Assembly (NCBI GenBank): GCA_040772125.1
Contig: JAXGYS010000004.1
Coordinates: forward strand, 184,021-248,020
Source of the DNA: Bacteroidales bacterium
GTDB taxonomy: Bacteria; Bacteroidota; Bacteroidia; Bacteroidales; VadinHA17
Length of the DNA stretch: 64,000 nucleotides
Direction of reading: 5' to 3'
The notes under the pieces are model-generated. The model saw only the letters and a program-made list of their open reading frames with translations, was not told where the DNA came from and ran no database searches. The translations under genes and the position numbers were made by a program. How positions within the stretch are numbered: position 1 is the stretch's first letter; the number at the start of each line of letters is the position of its first letter. This document shows positions 54,183 to 64,000 of this stretch, one piece after another.

Positions 54183-55069
54183 ATTTTCATTTGCCAATTG
54201 CTGCTGATCCTTCTGTTCCTCTCTTCACTCCCGCCTATAGCCCTGTAAGTACTGCTTCGGTTCGCAAATTCCCATTCTCACATTCAGCCCGGATAACCGG
54301 CATCTTGTTGCCGGCTTCTGGCAGTCATTTCTAATGGAACAGTCTCCAGGTCAGCTGCTAACCGAAGCAAGGTTCATGGATTTTAAGGTTGGAAGAGGAT
54401 CGGGTATTTAGTCACTGATGTTCCGTTGCTTTGTGGTATTCTCAATTCTCAGGTTTCTGTTGTATGCCTGAAGCCTGAAAATGACAAAGGCCTTCTCGGG
54501 AGTGTCAGGATAAGTGATTATGGTTTTTCTGTCGACCTGCAGAGGTGGTGCCGGTTCGATGTTTGACACTTCGCTTACTGTCTGAAGCGCCACCGCTCTC
54601 AGTAGTTTTTCAGGCAGATCATGTTTTCTTATTCCCTGATATGATTAAAGGACCTTGTAAGGGATGCTGCCGGAGAAGTGCTCAAGTATTTCACTTACGG
54701 TACCCTGATTATTGAGAACTTCCGGGTATACTCCGTAAAGGATCCTCCTGTCCAGCTGTTAAAAGCTTTTCAGATGCCCAGAATTAATACTGTGTTCTGC
54801 CCAGCTCTGTTGGAATAAAAATAATATTCCCATTTTCTTTATTTACGTTACCGGGACCTTCAGCTTCCTTAACAAAGTTTAATGGCAGATCCGATGGGTG
54901 CAACCTTTGCCGGCCATTGTACCTTTTAACCGGTAAAAATGGGCATTCACCGACTTTTTTTTGTGTCAGGTGCCAGGAGAGACTACTTTCGTCGGGTATA
55001 AAAACAGTGAAAGAGAGTGATCAATGCTTATCATTCCAACCATACCGTTAGATATAAGTGGAACGTTAA

Positions 55070-55705
55070 ATGTCAATTAAACAATCAATTATGAAAACAA
55101 ATTTCGATAACAATCACAATGCAGTTTTTTCCTCTCCGCTTCCATTACTGTTAGTTCTGCTGGTGATATTCTTCGCATTTTCAGGTAAGCTTAATGCCGG
55201 AGAAAATTCAACGGATGCTGATAATGAATCTGTAACGGAACTCCATGCTTCGGAAAGAGGAATAGAGGACTTCCGGCAGGATACTGAGAAAGGCCACTAT
55301 GACAGGTATTACCGGACTCTGATCACCGATCCCGTTACCGGGAGGGAGAAGCTGGTGGAGCTGAGGTATACGAAAGACGAAAGGCTGATTGAAGTTCTTA
55401 TTGACAATGAAACACTGACCCGGGCTGAACGCAGGAAGAATGAGAAAATCATTAGAAAGGCTATGGTTGAGGAGAAAAATGTTGGGAAGGAAATAGATGA
55501 ACTGATTGATGAAATCGGGTATGCTATGGAGGAGATAATGGGAGTGATTTCAGATCTGTTTTCTTCGGACGTTGAGGGTAACTTTGATCCGGAAATCAGC
55601 AAGGCTGATTCCTCAATGGTTAGCACCCTGGCTGTGGCCCGCTGGAAAGACAGGGAAGAAAGGATCAGAACTCTGGAAGAACTGGAATCCGGCCAGATAA
55701 AATAA
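55070..55705 (+). CDS. Hypothetical signal-anchored, Glu/Lys-rich coiled-coil protein
   Basis: TM or signal segment PLPLLLVLLVIFFAFSG followed by highly charged helical sequence. I recognise no family. Confidence 0.5.
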   Translation: MSIKQSIMKTNFDNNHNAVFSSPLPLLLVLLVIFFAFSGKLNAGENSTDADNESVTELHASERGIEDFRQDTEKGHYDRYYRTLITDPVTGREKLVELRYTKDERLIEVLIDNETLTRAERRKNEKIIRKAMVEEKNVGKEIDELIDEIGYAMEEIMGVISDLFSSDVEGNFDPEISKADSSMVSTLAVARWKDREERIRTLEELESGQIK

Positions 55706-55713
55706 ATCTTTAT

Positions 55714-56154
55714 ATGGACCATGTTGTATATACTGACTTCAGAGCAGGTGAATTGAAAATGCTCCTGAGCGGAAAGAAAAAGATGATAGTCAGGGGAGCC
55801 GCCGGCCGGAAATTGCCTTATGGCAGAGTCAATAAAGGTGACAGGCTATACTTTATCAATAACAATGCAGAATCACATGTCAGGGGAGAAGGTATTGTGA
55901 GTAATGTGATCAATTCAAAAAAGATGACAGAAACAGAATCCCGTAGTTTTATTGAAAGCCACCAGGATATGCTGTTACTTACAGATGCCCAGCTGGCACG
56001 GTGGGGAGGAAAAAGATATATCGTGCTGATTGAGGTGACTGATGTGAGGGAGACTGACCCGTTTGGAATAGATAAAAGCGGGTATGGCAATATGGACGAC
56101 TGGTTGCCGGTAGGGAATATTGAATCTGTCAGACTTCGTAATGCCACGCACTGA
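55714..56154 (+). CDS. ASCH/PUA-like domain protein (tentative)
   Basis: LLSGKKKMIVRGAAGRKLPYGRVNKGDRLYFINNN...VRGEGIVSNV resembles the ASCH beta-barrel N-terminus. The assignment is tentative. Confidence 0.5.
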   Translation: MDHVVYTDFRAGELKMLLSGKKKMIVRGAAGRKLPYGRVNKGDRLYFINNNAESHVRGEGIVSNVINSKKMTETESRSFIESHQDMLLLTDAQLARWGGKRYIVLIEVTDVRETDPFGIDKSGYGNMDDWLPVGNIESVRLRNATH

Positions 56155-56209
56155 CAATCAGTTGACAACCTGCCAGTTCGAAGAAGGCACCTGAAAACTT
56201 CAATGCCTG

Positions 56210-57115
56210 ATGGCTCTCTTTGAAAAGACAGATACCATTATGAAAATATCATATAAATTAAGTCTCTTTCTGATATTCACTTTCGGAATAAGCTGGTCAC
56301 TTGCCATAGGTTATTCCATAGCGGGGGGGAATTTGTCCTCCGTTTCAACGGGGTTCTTCTTAATGGTCCTGGGGTTTATGCTCGCCCCAATGATAAGCGT
56401 CATTCTGGTTGAAAAACTTATTTTTAAAAGTCGCCTTAGAAGTGTGTACCCTCTAAATATCAGGTGGAACCGGTGGTGGTGGATTGCCTGGTTGTCACCG
56501 CTGGTAATTGTGCTGATCACATTCGGGGCCGGTCTGTGTGTTCCCGGGGTGGAATTTTCACCAGAGATGGAAGGGATGTTTTACAGGTTTAGTAATATCC
56601 TTACTCCGGAGCAGCTTGCGCAGATGAGAAATACATCAATGCCTGTTCATCCTTTCTTTCTTTCAATTATACAGGGACTCATTGCCGGAATAACCATCAA
56701 TACACTGGCAGGTTTTGGCGAGGAGCTAGGCTGGCGGGGCCTGATGCTTAAGGAACTTTCACACCTGGGATTCTGGAAAACATCATGGATCACGGGACTG
56801 GTCTGGGGAATCTGGCATGCACCGGTGATCATGATGGGACATAACTATCCCGATCATCCGATGGCAGGAGTGGCAATGATGACCATCTTCTGTATCCTCA
56901 TATCTCCGTTATTTACTCTTGTGGCCCTGAGAAGCGGGTCAACCATTGCAGCTGCAGTTCTTCATGGTAGTTTCAATGCACTGTCTGGTATTGCTGTTTT
57001 ATTGCTGAGTGGCGGCAATGACCTTCTCATCGGAGTCACCGGAACGGCAGGCATATCAGTGCTGGTTGTTCTGAACCTGGTCATCCTGAGATTTCTCAGG
57101 ACCGGAAAAAGCTGA
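56210..57115 (+). CDS. CPBP family intramembrane glutamic endopeptidase (CAAX/Abi)
   Basis: Motif 1 FGEELGWRG, motif 2 WGIWH, motif 3 HGSFN. Polytopic. Confidence 0.85.
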   Translation: MALFEKTDTIMKISYKLSLFLIFTFGISWSLAIGYSIAGGNLSSVSTGFFLMVLGFMLAPMISVILVEKLIFKSRLRSVYPLNIRWNRWWWIAWLSPLVIVLITFGAGLCVPGVEFSPEMEGMFYRFSNILTPEQLAQMRNTSMPVHPFFLSIIQGLIAGITINTLAGFGEELGWRGLMLKELSHLGFWKTSWITGLVWGIWHAPVIMMGHNYPDHPMAGVAMMTIFCILISPLFTLVALRSGSTIAAAVLHGSFNALSGIAVLLLSGGNDLLIGVTGTAGISVLVVLNLVILRFLRTGKS

Positions 57116-57174
57116 TTTTTTACCTGTGTTGTGCCGGTCGTATTTTTTGTATGTTAATGGCTTAAAAATAAATT

Positions 57175-58140
57175 ATGAAAATCAAACTTACACTCAAGTT
57201 ATGCTCACTCATATTATTACAATCCTGTTTCACTGGCTCCGGCAACGGTGAATTGCTCCTTACAGAAGCAAACCATACCGCGGGATTCAATTATTCTTAT
57301 TTCCTCTTTATCCCTGACGGAACTCCGTACGGCGAAGAGCTGACACTTATTGTAGAACCCGGTAATTCAGGCTTTGCTGATGATGATTATGGCAGACACC
57401 TGGAAAAAGGCCGGAGAACGGCTTCTCTCGATTTTTATGTTGGTAACTATATTGCGCGGGAACTGAACTATCCTCTCCTGGTTCCTGTTTTTCCGCGACC
57501 GGAAAGCGAATGGAAAATTTATACGCACATCTTTGACAGGGATGTGGCAATACAGAAGAATAACAGTCTCGAGCGCATTGACCTTCAGCTTCTGGCAATG
57601 GTTGAAGAAGCGCAGAACAAGCTCCGGGAAAGGGGATACAGGATTAGGGAGCAGATACTTATGGCCGGTTTCTCGGCTTCCGGATCTTTTGTAAACAGGT
57701 TTACCGCCATACATCCCGGGAAAGTAATGGCCGCAGCTGCCGGGGGTACGGGCGGATTGCTTATTTGTCCGGTTGACAGCCTGAAAGGAATTCCCCTTGG
57801 TTTTCCTCTGGGTACAGACGATTTTATTACTCTTTTCGGCCGGCAGTTTGACGCAGTTTCATTTTCCGATACGCCACAATATTACTATATTGGAGAGTTG
57901 GACACTAACGATGCAGTCCCTTATGAGGACGGGTATGATCAACATGAAAGACAACTGGTTTTTGAGTTGCTTGGAAAGGAAATTCACCCGGACAGATGGA
58001 TTAATTGTATGAAAGTTTACAGGGAGAACAACATAAGGGCACAGTTTAAAACTTATGAAGGAACTGGTCACGAAATTACAGATGAGATCAGGCAGGATAT
58101 ACTGAAATTTTTCAGGGAACAATTTAATCAGAACCCATAA
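57175..58140 (+). CDS. Alpha/beta-hydrolase-fold lipoprotein (tentative)
   Basis: Leader LCSLILLQSC. Nucleophile-elbow-like GFSASG. A late GTGHE is consistent with a catalytic His region. Confidence 0.6.
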   Translation: MKIKLTLKLCSLILLQSCFTGSGNGELLLTEANHTAGFNYSYFLFIPDGTPYGEELTLIVEPGNSGFADDDYGRHLEKGRRTASLDFYVGNYIARELNYPLLVPVFPRPESEWKIYTHIFDRDVAIQKNNSLERIDLQLLAMVEEAQNKLRERGYRIREQILMAGFSASGSFVNRFTAIHPGKVMAAAAGGTGGLLICPVDSLKGIPLGFPLGTDDFITLFGRQFDAVSFSDTPQYYYIGELDTNDAVPYEDGYDQHERQLVFELLGKEIHPDRWINCMKVYRENNIRAQFKTYEGTGHEITDEIRQDILKFFREQFNQNP

Positions 58141-58191
58141 CCTTGTTGTGCAATACATCGAACAGTAAACAACATAAAAAACTCCGACAGA

Positions 58192-59547
58192 ATGGAGATT
58201 AACAACTGGCATAAAAGCCTTGAACCAGGGCATATAAGGGAGGAGCAACTTAAGGGAGCCAGGATGTCGGTCTATTTCCGATGGACTTTTATTTTTCTTG
58301 TAACCTCACTTCTGATTGTCCAGCTTACCCTTGGATACCGGAAGGAATCAATCCATGCCTTTATACTGATCCTGTTATACTTCATTTCAAATACAGTATT
58401 ATGGTATGCAGTTATCAAACGATATAATCCCAGATACCTGGGATTCCTCAGCGCAATTCTTGACGTGGGTGTAATCTGTTCTCATCTTCTGATACTCAGC
58501 CTGAACCATGATCAGCTTGCAGTCACCTCCGCTGCAACCCTCTTTCTTATGCCGGTACTCTTTCTCCTCTATACATTCAGGCTTGACAGGCTGTTGATGG
58601 TATTCCTGATTGTTATTGCCCTTGCAGGCTTAAGCCTGGTATACTTCATAAATTTCTCACAGGATCCGGAGTTCTACAAACAAAGCATCTCAATCTCTCC
58701 CACATCACATTTCTTCAGGATTGCATATATCCTTTTCATAGGAATACTCTGTATTTACCTTCAGCATTTTATGTTTCATTTCATAGGCAAGCAGTTGAAA
58801 ATAGCCTGTGAAAAGGCTGATGCTGAACTGCAGATCAGGATGGAAGAGGAAAAGAATAATCATGCCCGGCAGCTTATTTCGCAGGAGCGGGCTCTGAACA
58901 AAAAACTTGAAAACGAAATAAAGGAGAGAACCCGTGAACTGACCGAGGCAAACACCAGGCTCCTTGAACTGCAGAAGACAAACCTCCAGTCGCAGTTTGA
59001 AGTTCTTAAACAGCAGGTGAATCCACACTTTCTTTTTAACAGCCTCAACGTCCTTGCCTCCCTCATCAAAGTTGATCCCGACCTGGCAGAATCCTTTACC
59101 GAGAAACTTTCCAAGGTTTACCGTTATGTCCTTGAAAACAAGGAAAAAGACATGGTGTCGCTGAGTACTGAAATTGACTTTATCAATTCCTATATCTTCC
59201 TTCTCAACATAAGGTTCAAGGGGAAAATATTCGTGAAAATCAACCTGGAGGATATTAAACCGGAAATGATGATCCTGCCGATGGCTCTGCAGATACTGGT
59301 TGAAAATGCGATCAAACACAACACTTTCTCCAGAACAGAACCGCTGCACATTGACATATCGGTAGACAGTGATAATTTCCTGGTTGTTACAAACAACCTC
59401 CGGCTCCGGGAGAGTTACGTCCAATCAACCGGCATTGGCCTGACCAATATTCAGAACAGGTATAAACTGATCACGGACAAAGAGCCTTTTTTTGAAAAAG
59501 CAGATAAAAGGTTTATTGCACGGATCCCCCTGATAATGGAGATCTGA
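58192..59547 (+). CDS. LytS/YehU-type sensor histidine kinase (His_kinase + HATPase)
   Basis: About 6 N-terminal TM segments, a coiled-coil linker, LKQQVNPHFLFNSLN (H-box of the LytS family), LVENAIKHN (N-box) and GIGLTNI. Confidence 0.85.
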   Translation: MEINNWHKSLEPGHIREEQLKGARMSVYFRWTFIFLVTSLLIVQLTLGYRKESIHAFILILLYFISNTVLWYAVIKRYNPRYLGFLSAILDVGVICSHLLILSLNHDQLAVTSAATLFLMPVLFLLYTFRLDRLLMVFLIVIALAGLSLVYFINFSQDPEFYKQSISISPTSHFFRIAYILFIGILCIYLQHFMFHFIGKQLKIACEKADAELQIRMEEEKNNHARQLISQERALNKKLENEIKERTRELTEANTRLLELQKTNLQSQFEVLKQQVNPHFLFNSLNVLASLIKVDPDLAESFTEKLSKVYRYVLENKEKDMVSLSTEIDFINSYIFLLNIRFKGKIFVKINLEDIKPEMMILPMALQILVENAIKHNTFSRTEPLHIDISVDSDNFLVVTNNLRLRESYVQSTGIGLTNIQNRYKLITDKEPFFEKADKRFIARIPLIMEI

Positions 59548-59595
59548 ACGGGTAGCATCCGGACCAATCCGGGAGAAAATTAAAACTATTACGAC

Positions 59596-60354
59596 ATGAA
59601 AGTAGTAATTATTGAAGATGAATCATTTGCAGCCCAGAGATTGAAGAAACAGATACTGGAGTACGACAGCGGTATAGAAGTAATTGCCGAACTGGAGTCG
59701 GTAGAGGAATCTGTAAAATGGTTCAGTAACAACAAGGAGCCGGATCTTATTTTTCTGGATATTCACCTTGAAGATGATCTTTGCTTTGTGATATTTGAAA
59801 AGGTAAACATTACCTGTCCGATCATATTCACTACGGCATTTGATGAATATGCAATAAAGGCTTTTAAGCTGAAAAGCATTGACTACCTTCTTAAGCCGAT
59901 AGTCCGTGAGGAGTTGATCTCTGCCCTCAGGAAATACCAGGAGATGATAGGCCATATCAGGTCAGTTGCTGATTTGGACTCACTTTACCGGTTAATTGTT
60001 GACAGGGCACCGGTGTACCGCGAAAGATTTTCAGTCAGCTTTGGCTCCAGAATTAAGACAATAAACGTTGACCAGGTTGCATATTTTGTAAGCGAGGAAG
60101 GATTTACATTTGCCTACCTGAAGACAAAAGGTTCTTACCCGGTAGATCTGAGTCTCGACAATCTGGTAACAGAACTGGATCCGAAGAAATTTTTCAGGGT
60201 AAACAGGAAGGCCATATTAGGTATAGACAGCATTTCGGAAATACACGTTTATCCTAAAAGTCGTCTTAAACTTGACCTTAATCCACAATATAACGGAGAA
60301 GTTTTTGTCAGCCTTGACAAGGTTACAGCCTTCAAACGCTGGCTTGACCGTTAG
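59596..60354 (+). CDS. LytR/AlgR-family response regulator (REC + LytTR)
   Basis: MKVVIIEDE...PDLIFLDIHLED...IIFTTAFDEYAIKAFKLKSIDYLLKP, then LytTR-type FFRVNRKAILGIDSI. Confidence 0.9.
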   Translation: MKVVIIEDESFAAQRLKKQILEYDSGIEVIAELESVEESVKWFSNNKEPDLIFLDIHLEDDLCFVIFEKVNITCPIIFTTAFDEYAIKAFKLKSIDYLLKPIVREELISALRKYQEMIGHIRSVADLDSLYRLIVDRAPVYRERFSVSFGSRIKTINVDQVAYFVSEEGFTFAYLKTKGSYPVDLSLDNLVTELDPKKFFRVNRKAILGIDSISEIHVYPKSRLKLDLNPQYNGEVFVSLDKVTAFKRWLDR

Positions 60355-60492
60355 AACAGCCCTGGAAAATACTGACCTGGATTCCATTCACGGGATGGAA
60401 CATGTCATTCATCCACAAAAACTTTCCATAACGGAGTGCTCAGTCTATCTTTGGAATTCAGGAGATTAATATCTTAAATTAAAAGAGCACTT

Positions 60493-62859
60493 ATGAGACT
60501 TCATTTCTTGACACTAATTGCAGTTTTCTTCCTGGTCAATATTTCAACTCCCGTGCAGTCTCAGGAGTTGACACAAATACTGAGAGGCCAGGTTATCGAT
60601 GCGTACACTGAACAGCCCCTGCAGTATGCGACAATCATTATCCGCGGCTCTGATCCTCCCAGAGGCACAGCCACTGACGCAGATGGTTATTTCATGTTCA
60701 GCAGCATTCCCCTTGGAAGGGTAGATCTTGAGGCAAGCCTGATTGGCTATAGGTCAGAGGTTAAGAATAATCTGCTGCTTATATCCGGGCGGGAGCTTGT
60801 GGTTGATTTCAGGTTGGAGGAGCAGGTGATAACCATAGAGGAAGTCGTGGTACGTCCTGATCCGCGCAAGGATCAGCCTTCCAATGAAATGGCATCAGTA
60901 AGCGCACGATCATTTTCAATTGATGAAACGGAGAGATATGCAGGCAGCCTTGGTGATCCTTCCCGTATGGCAACAAACTTTGCCGGTGTTTCGTCAGTTT
61001 CAGATCAGCGAAATGATATTGTAATTAGAGGGAACTCTCCCCTGGGGCTCCTCTGGTACCTTGAAGGGGTGGAGATACCCAATCCCAATCACTTTGGCTC
61101 ACTCGGATCAACCGGAGGACCTATAAGCATACTAAACAACAACCAGCTTGCAAACTCTGATTTTTATACTTCGGCCTTCCCCGCAGAATTTGGGAATGGT
61201 CTGTCGGGTGCCTTTGACCTGCGAATGAGAAATGGTAACAGCCAGCAGCATGAATTCCTGGGTCAGGTTGGATTCAACGGGCTGGAGCTTGGTGCAGAAG
61301 GCCCCCTTTCAATAAGAGATCATGCTTCATACCTGATAAATTTCCGTTACAGCACCCTTGAAATTCTGCACTCGCTGGGAATGAGCTTTGGTACCGGAGC
61401 GGCTATCCCCAGGTACAAGGATCTGTCACTGAAAGTGAATATTCCACAGGATAATGGCCGGATATCGATGTTTGCACTAGGTGGGAATAGTAGTATTGCC
61501 ATGCTCGACAGTGAAGGTGATGATGCACAATTCGGATTTTCCGGTACTGACACATTTTATCACAATAAAATGGGCGTTGCAGGTCTCAGTTATGTAAGAT
61601 ATTTTGGAGAAGATACCCGTCTTAGTAGCACAGTGGCAGTATCTGGAATCCAAGGGGTTGCAGAGATATTTGACCTGGGAGAGGACCTCCGCCAGCAGGT
61701 TATTGATGAAAATATGCGGGAGGTAAAACTTACTCTGTCAGGAAAATTCAGAAGGAGGTTCAATTCCCGGAACTACCTGAATACAGGTCTGGTATTTGAT
61801 CTCTATGATGTAAAATACAAAGGTGCTCAGTATCAGGAAAGCATCGGGGAGTTCATCCAATATCTGAATTCTGACGGCACCACCGGTTTTGCCCGCCTCT
61901 TCGGTGAGTGGCTGCACCGGTTTACGGATGAACTCACAGTTACCACCGGACTGAGTTCATCCTGGTTCCTGCTGAATGACAGCAAATCAATAGAACCAAG
62001 ACTTGGATTTAAATGGAGTTTTACTCCCGGACAGTCATTAAACCTGGGTGCAGGCCTGCATAGCCAGACCCAGATGAAAGCAGTCTACTTTAATCAGAGA
62101 CTGATTGACACCATCGACTGGTATTATGAAAAATCCAATAAGCATCTTGATCTCTCGAGAAGCCTTCATGTTGTTGCCGGATATGACCGCCTGCTCGGTG
62201 ACGGACACCGGCTTAAAGCTGAAATCTACTACCAGAAACTCTATAATATACCTGTTTCATGGCGCAGGCCAGAGTTTTCACTACTAAACCAGGGAGGGGC
62301 ATTTTCCTTCCTCGTTTATGACAACATGGAAAACACCGGAACCGGGGAAAACAAAGGGGTAGAGCTTACCCTGGAAAGATTTGTCCGCGAAGGATTCTAC
62401 TACCTGGCTACTATTTCCCTGTTCGATTCAGGCTACAGGGGATACGACGGTGTATGGAGGAATACAACATTTGACAATAATTTTGTATTCAATACATTGG
62501 CCGGATTTGAGTGGAAAACCGGCAAAAGGTCGCAGTTGTCAGCTGATTTGAAGATGGTTTTTGCCGGAGGCAACAGGTATCTTGAGATTGATGAAGAACT
62601 CTCCCTGGCCGAAGGTGGTTTACGATACAGGTGGGATCACGCATTTGAAAAAAGATACCCAGATTATTTCAGACTGAATGGCAGAATAACATTTCGTCTG
62701 GATATGCCAAGAGTCAATCATGAATGGGCCCTGGACCTGCAAAATATGACCAACCGCCGGAATATCTTTACAAGGAACTGGAATAATGTAACCAAAGAGG
62801 TGACAACATCCTGGCAGATGGGATTTATGCCGATGGTCACATACAGGCTTTACATTTAA
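60493..62859 (+). CDS. TonB-dependent receptor with an N-terminal carboxypeptidase-regulatory-like domain
   Basis: Signal peptide. LRGQVIDAYTEQPLQYATIIIRGS...TDADGYFMFSSIPLGRVDLEASLIGY (CarboxypepD_reg). A plug region (DIVIRGNSP), a long barrel, and a C-terminal ...MVTYRLYI. Confidence 0.9.
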   Translation: MRLHFLTLIAVFFLVNISTPVQSQELTQILRGQVIDAYTEQPLQYATIIIRGSDPPRGTATDADGYFMFSSIPLGRVDLEASLIGYRSEVKNNLLLISGRELVVDFRLEEQVITIEEVVVRPDPRKDQPSNEMASVSARSFSIDETERYAGSLGDPSRMATNFAGVSSVSDQRNDIVIRGNSPLGLLWYLEGVEIPNPNHFGSLGSTGGPISILNNNQLANSDFYTSAFPAEFGNGLSGAFDLRMRNGNSQQHEFLGQVGFNGLELGAEGPLSIRDHASYLINFRYSTLEILHSLGMSFGTGAAIPRYKDLSLKVNIPQDNGRISMFALGGNSSIAMLDSEGDDAQFGFSGTDTFYHNKMGVAGLSYVRYFGEDTRLSSTVAVSGIQGVAEIFDLGEDLRQQVIDENMREVKLTLSGKFRRRFNSRNYLNTGLVFDLYDVKYKGAQYQESIGEFIQYLNSDGTTGFARLFGEWLHRFTDELTVTTGLSSSWFLLNDSKSIEPRLGFKWSFTPGQSLNLGAGLHSQTQMKAVYFNQRLIDTIDWYYEKSNKHLDLSRSLHVVAGYDRLLGDGHRLKAEIYYQKLYNIPVSWRRPEFSLLNQGGAFSFLVYDNMENTGTGENKGVELTLERFVREGFYYLATISLFDSGYRGYDGVWRNTTFDNNFVFNTLAGFEWKTGKRSQLSADLKMVFAGGNRYLEIDEELSLAEGGLRYRWDHAFEKRYPDYFRLNGRITFRLDMPRVNHEWALDLQNMTNRRNIFTRNWNNVTKEVTTSWQMGFMPMVTYRLYI

Positions 62860-62884
62860 CATTCAAACCCGGACATCATTGGCC

Positions 62885-64000
62885 TTACTGCACTGAACTG
62901 CTCCTGGCACCCTCTTTCCACCGGTATGATTCACAGGATTTCATAAAATCCCTGAACCGGGGATCCTCTTTACCATATTTCAGGAATTTGATCAGAAGTT
63001 GATTATACAATCCCTTGCTCTTCAAAGATGTGAATGTATGATTGTCGTCGGCTATAAACAAATAGTGGTTCCTGTAAATCGATGCAAGAGCTATCTGCGA
63101 ACGGTAATCGGCTGTATGATCCCATCTTCCGCTAAGCACAAATACTTCTGTCTCCAGGAGATGCAAAGGCCTGTGATCGATCAGTACCGGTTCGATCTTG
63201 TTATTATTACGTGACTGGATTAATGGCAAACAGCTGAAATATAGGTTTTCAAGGTCAGGCTGGAACCTGTCTGACTCAATTTCAAAACAACCTGATAAAG
63301 GAACCATAAATTCAAACAGCCTGACTTTCACTGGAATACCGTCAGGGGAATCAATGAAGGCAAGGATATCCTTAATCTGATACTTAGTTAAATAGGTATT
63401 TATAACTGCCGTGTCATTCATTAACAGGTGATCAAGAAGTTTGTTTCTTTCGAAAAAAAGCCTGTCGGTCTGTACAAAAAAGTTTTGCCTCTGAAAGAGC
63501 ATTGCAATCAGTTCCCTCGGGAAAGTTTTCTTTTCCAGGAGAAGGGTAAATCTTTTTGCGAAAGATGGATCGCGTGCACAGGTCTCCATCCAGAACCTGT
63601 CATGGTTAATACCTGATTCGCTGTCAAGCGAATAATCGACTGAGGCCCCAGTAAAAGCCTTATCAACAAATTCTCCGTACTTGCTCAGATACTGATGTAC
63701 CAGCAATCCCCCGCCTGATTGCCCGTACAGGGAAATTTTTCCTCTTTCGCCCAATAGCTTCTTCCTGACGGCATCAATGTCATTCACGTATTGCAGCCAA
63801 GAGAAAATTTTACTTGCCTCTGGCCAGTTAATGGTTCCCGCAGCATCTGTTACCCGCCTTTTCAGGTCACTGTTGTTATTTCTCCCTATAATTCCGATGA
63901 CATTGAATGTGCTGTCGAACAGGGAGTTCTGCAGTTGACTCATGGCGCCCTTCCTGACATAGAATTGCTGGGCATCGGCAATAACAAAAACTGTCAGCTT
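62885..64000 (-). CDS. Alpha/beta hydrolase (peptidase/iminopeptidase-like); 5' end runs off the window
   Basis: Nucleophile elbow LYGQSGGGLL. The reading frame stays open upstream of the track Met (…KLTVFVIADAQQFYVRKGAMSQ…) up to position 64000. Confidence 0.6.
   Translation of the reverse strand, partial: KLTVFVIADAQQFYVRKGAMSQLQNSLFDSTFNVIGIIGRNNNSDLKRRVTDAAGTINWPEASKIFSWLQYVNDIDAVRKKLLGERGKISLYGQSGGGLLVHQYLSKYGEFVDKAFTGASVDYSLDSESGINHDRFWMETCARDPSFAKRFTLLLEKKTFPRELIAMLFQRQNFFVQTDRLFFERNKLLDHLLMNDTAVINTYLTKYQIKDILAFIDSPDGIPVKVRLFEFMVPLSGCFEIESDRFQPDLENLYFSCLPLIQSRNNNKIEPVLIDHRPLHLLETEVFVLSGRWDHTADYRSQIALASIYRNHYLFIADDNHTFTSLKSKGLYNQLLIKFLKYGKEDPRFRDFMKSCESYRWKEGARSSSVQ

Noticed and set aside
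54408-54593. 61-aa minus-strand ORF from the track
   Set aside because: It appears to be the last open piece of a fragmented reading frame and I recognise no family. It is discussed as a possible remnant in the finding for 54183-55069.
42700-55100. Genomic-island hypothesis for the visibly more AT-rich stretch
   Set aside because: No integrase, transposase, tRNA anchor or flanking direct repeats are visible. I could not compute composition rigorously, so this is left as a qualitative remark only.

Overview
The window reads as a chromosomal segment of an anaerobic or facultative Bacteroidota-like bacterium. This assignment is an inference from several TAnnTTTG -7 promoter boxes, a TonB-dependent receptor with a carboxypeptidase-regulatory-like N-terminus, LytS/LytTR signalling and many lipoprotein or exported proteins. 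I see no rRNA, tRNA, CRISPR array, transposase or integrase.

Respiratory modules:
- A complete narK-narGHJI nitrate reductase operon (7.6-15.4 kb).
- On the minus strand, a six-gene PsrABC-like molybdopterin oxidoreductase operon with a split YeeE/YedE sulfur transporter and an atypical rhodanese (25.7-31.2 kb).

Other content:
- A DUF134 / TrmO-like / DUF5320 cluster.
- A translationally coupled DUF364 gene plus a membrane-THEP1-like NTPase fusion gene.
- A five-gene LemA-DUF2207-led cluster that includes a Zn-phospholipase-C-like membrane protein.
- An XRE-cupin regulator with an acyl-CoA synthetase.
- A DUF4256 gene and a decayed paralog of it.
- An ECF-like sigma / zf-HC2 anti-sigma pair converging on a 1210-aa exported TPR-CHAT protease.
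- xth, two DoxX genes, a CPBP protease and a LytS/LytTR pair next to a TonB-dependent receptor.

Items most worth follow-up:
1. The rhodanese has no active-site Cys. Its only Cys is the C-terminal residue (...PSGGC).
2. The sigma / anti-sigma / TPR-CHAT triad.
3. The DUF364 plus membrane-NTPase pair.
4. A GAAC-N4-GTTC-type palindrome shared by the DUF134 and DUF5320 promoters.
5. Several unusual short tandem arrays of 7, 8 and 12 nt in intergenic DNA.

All family assignments come from motif recognition by eye. No database search was run.
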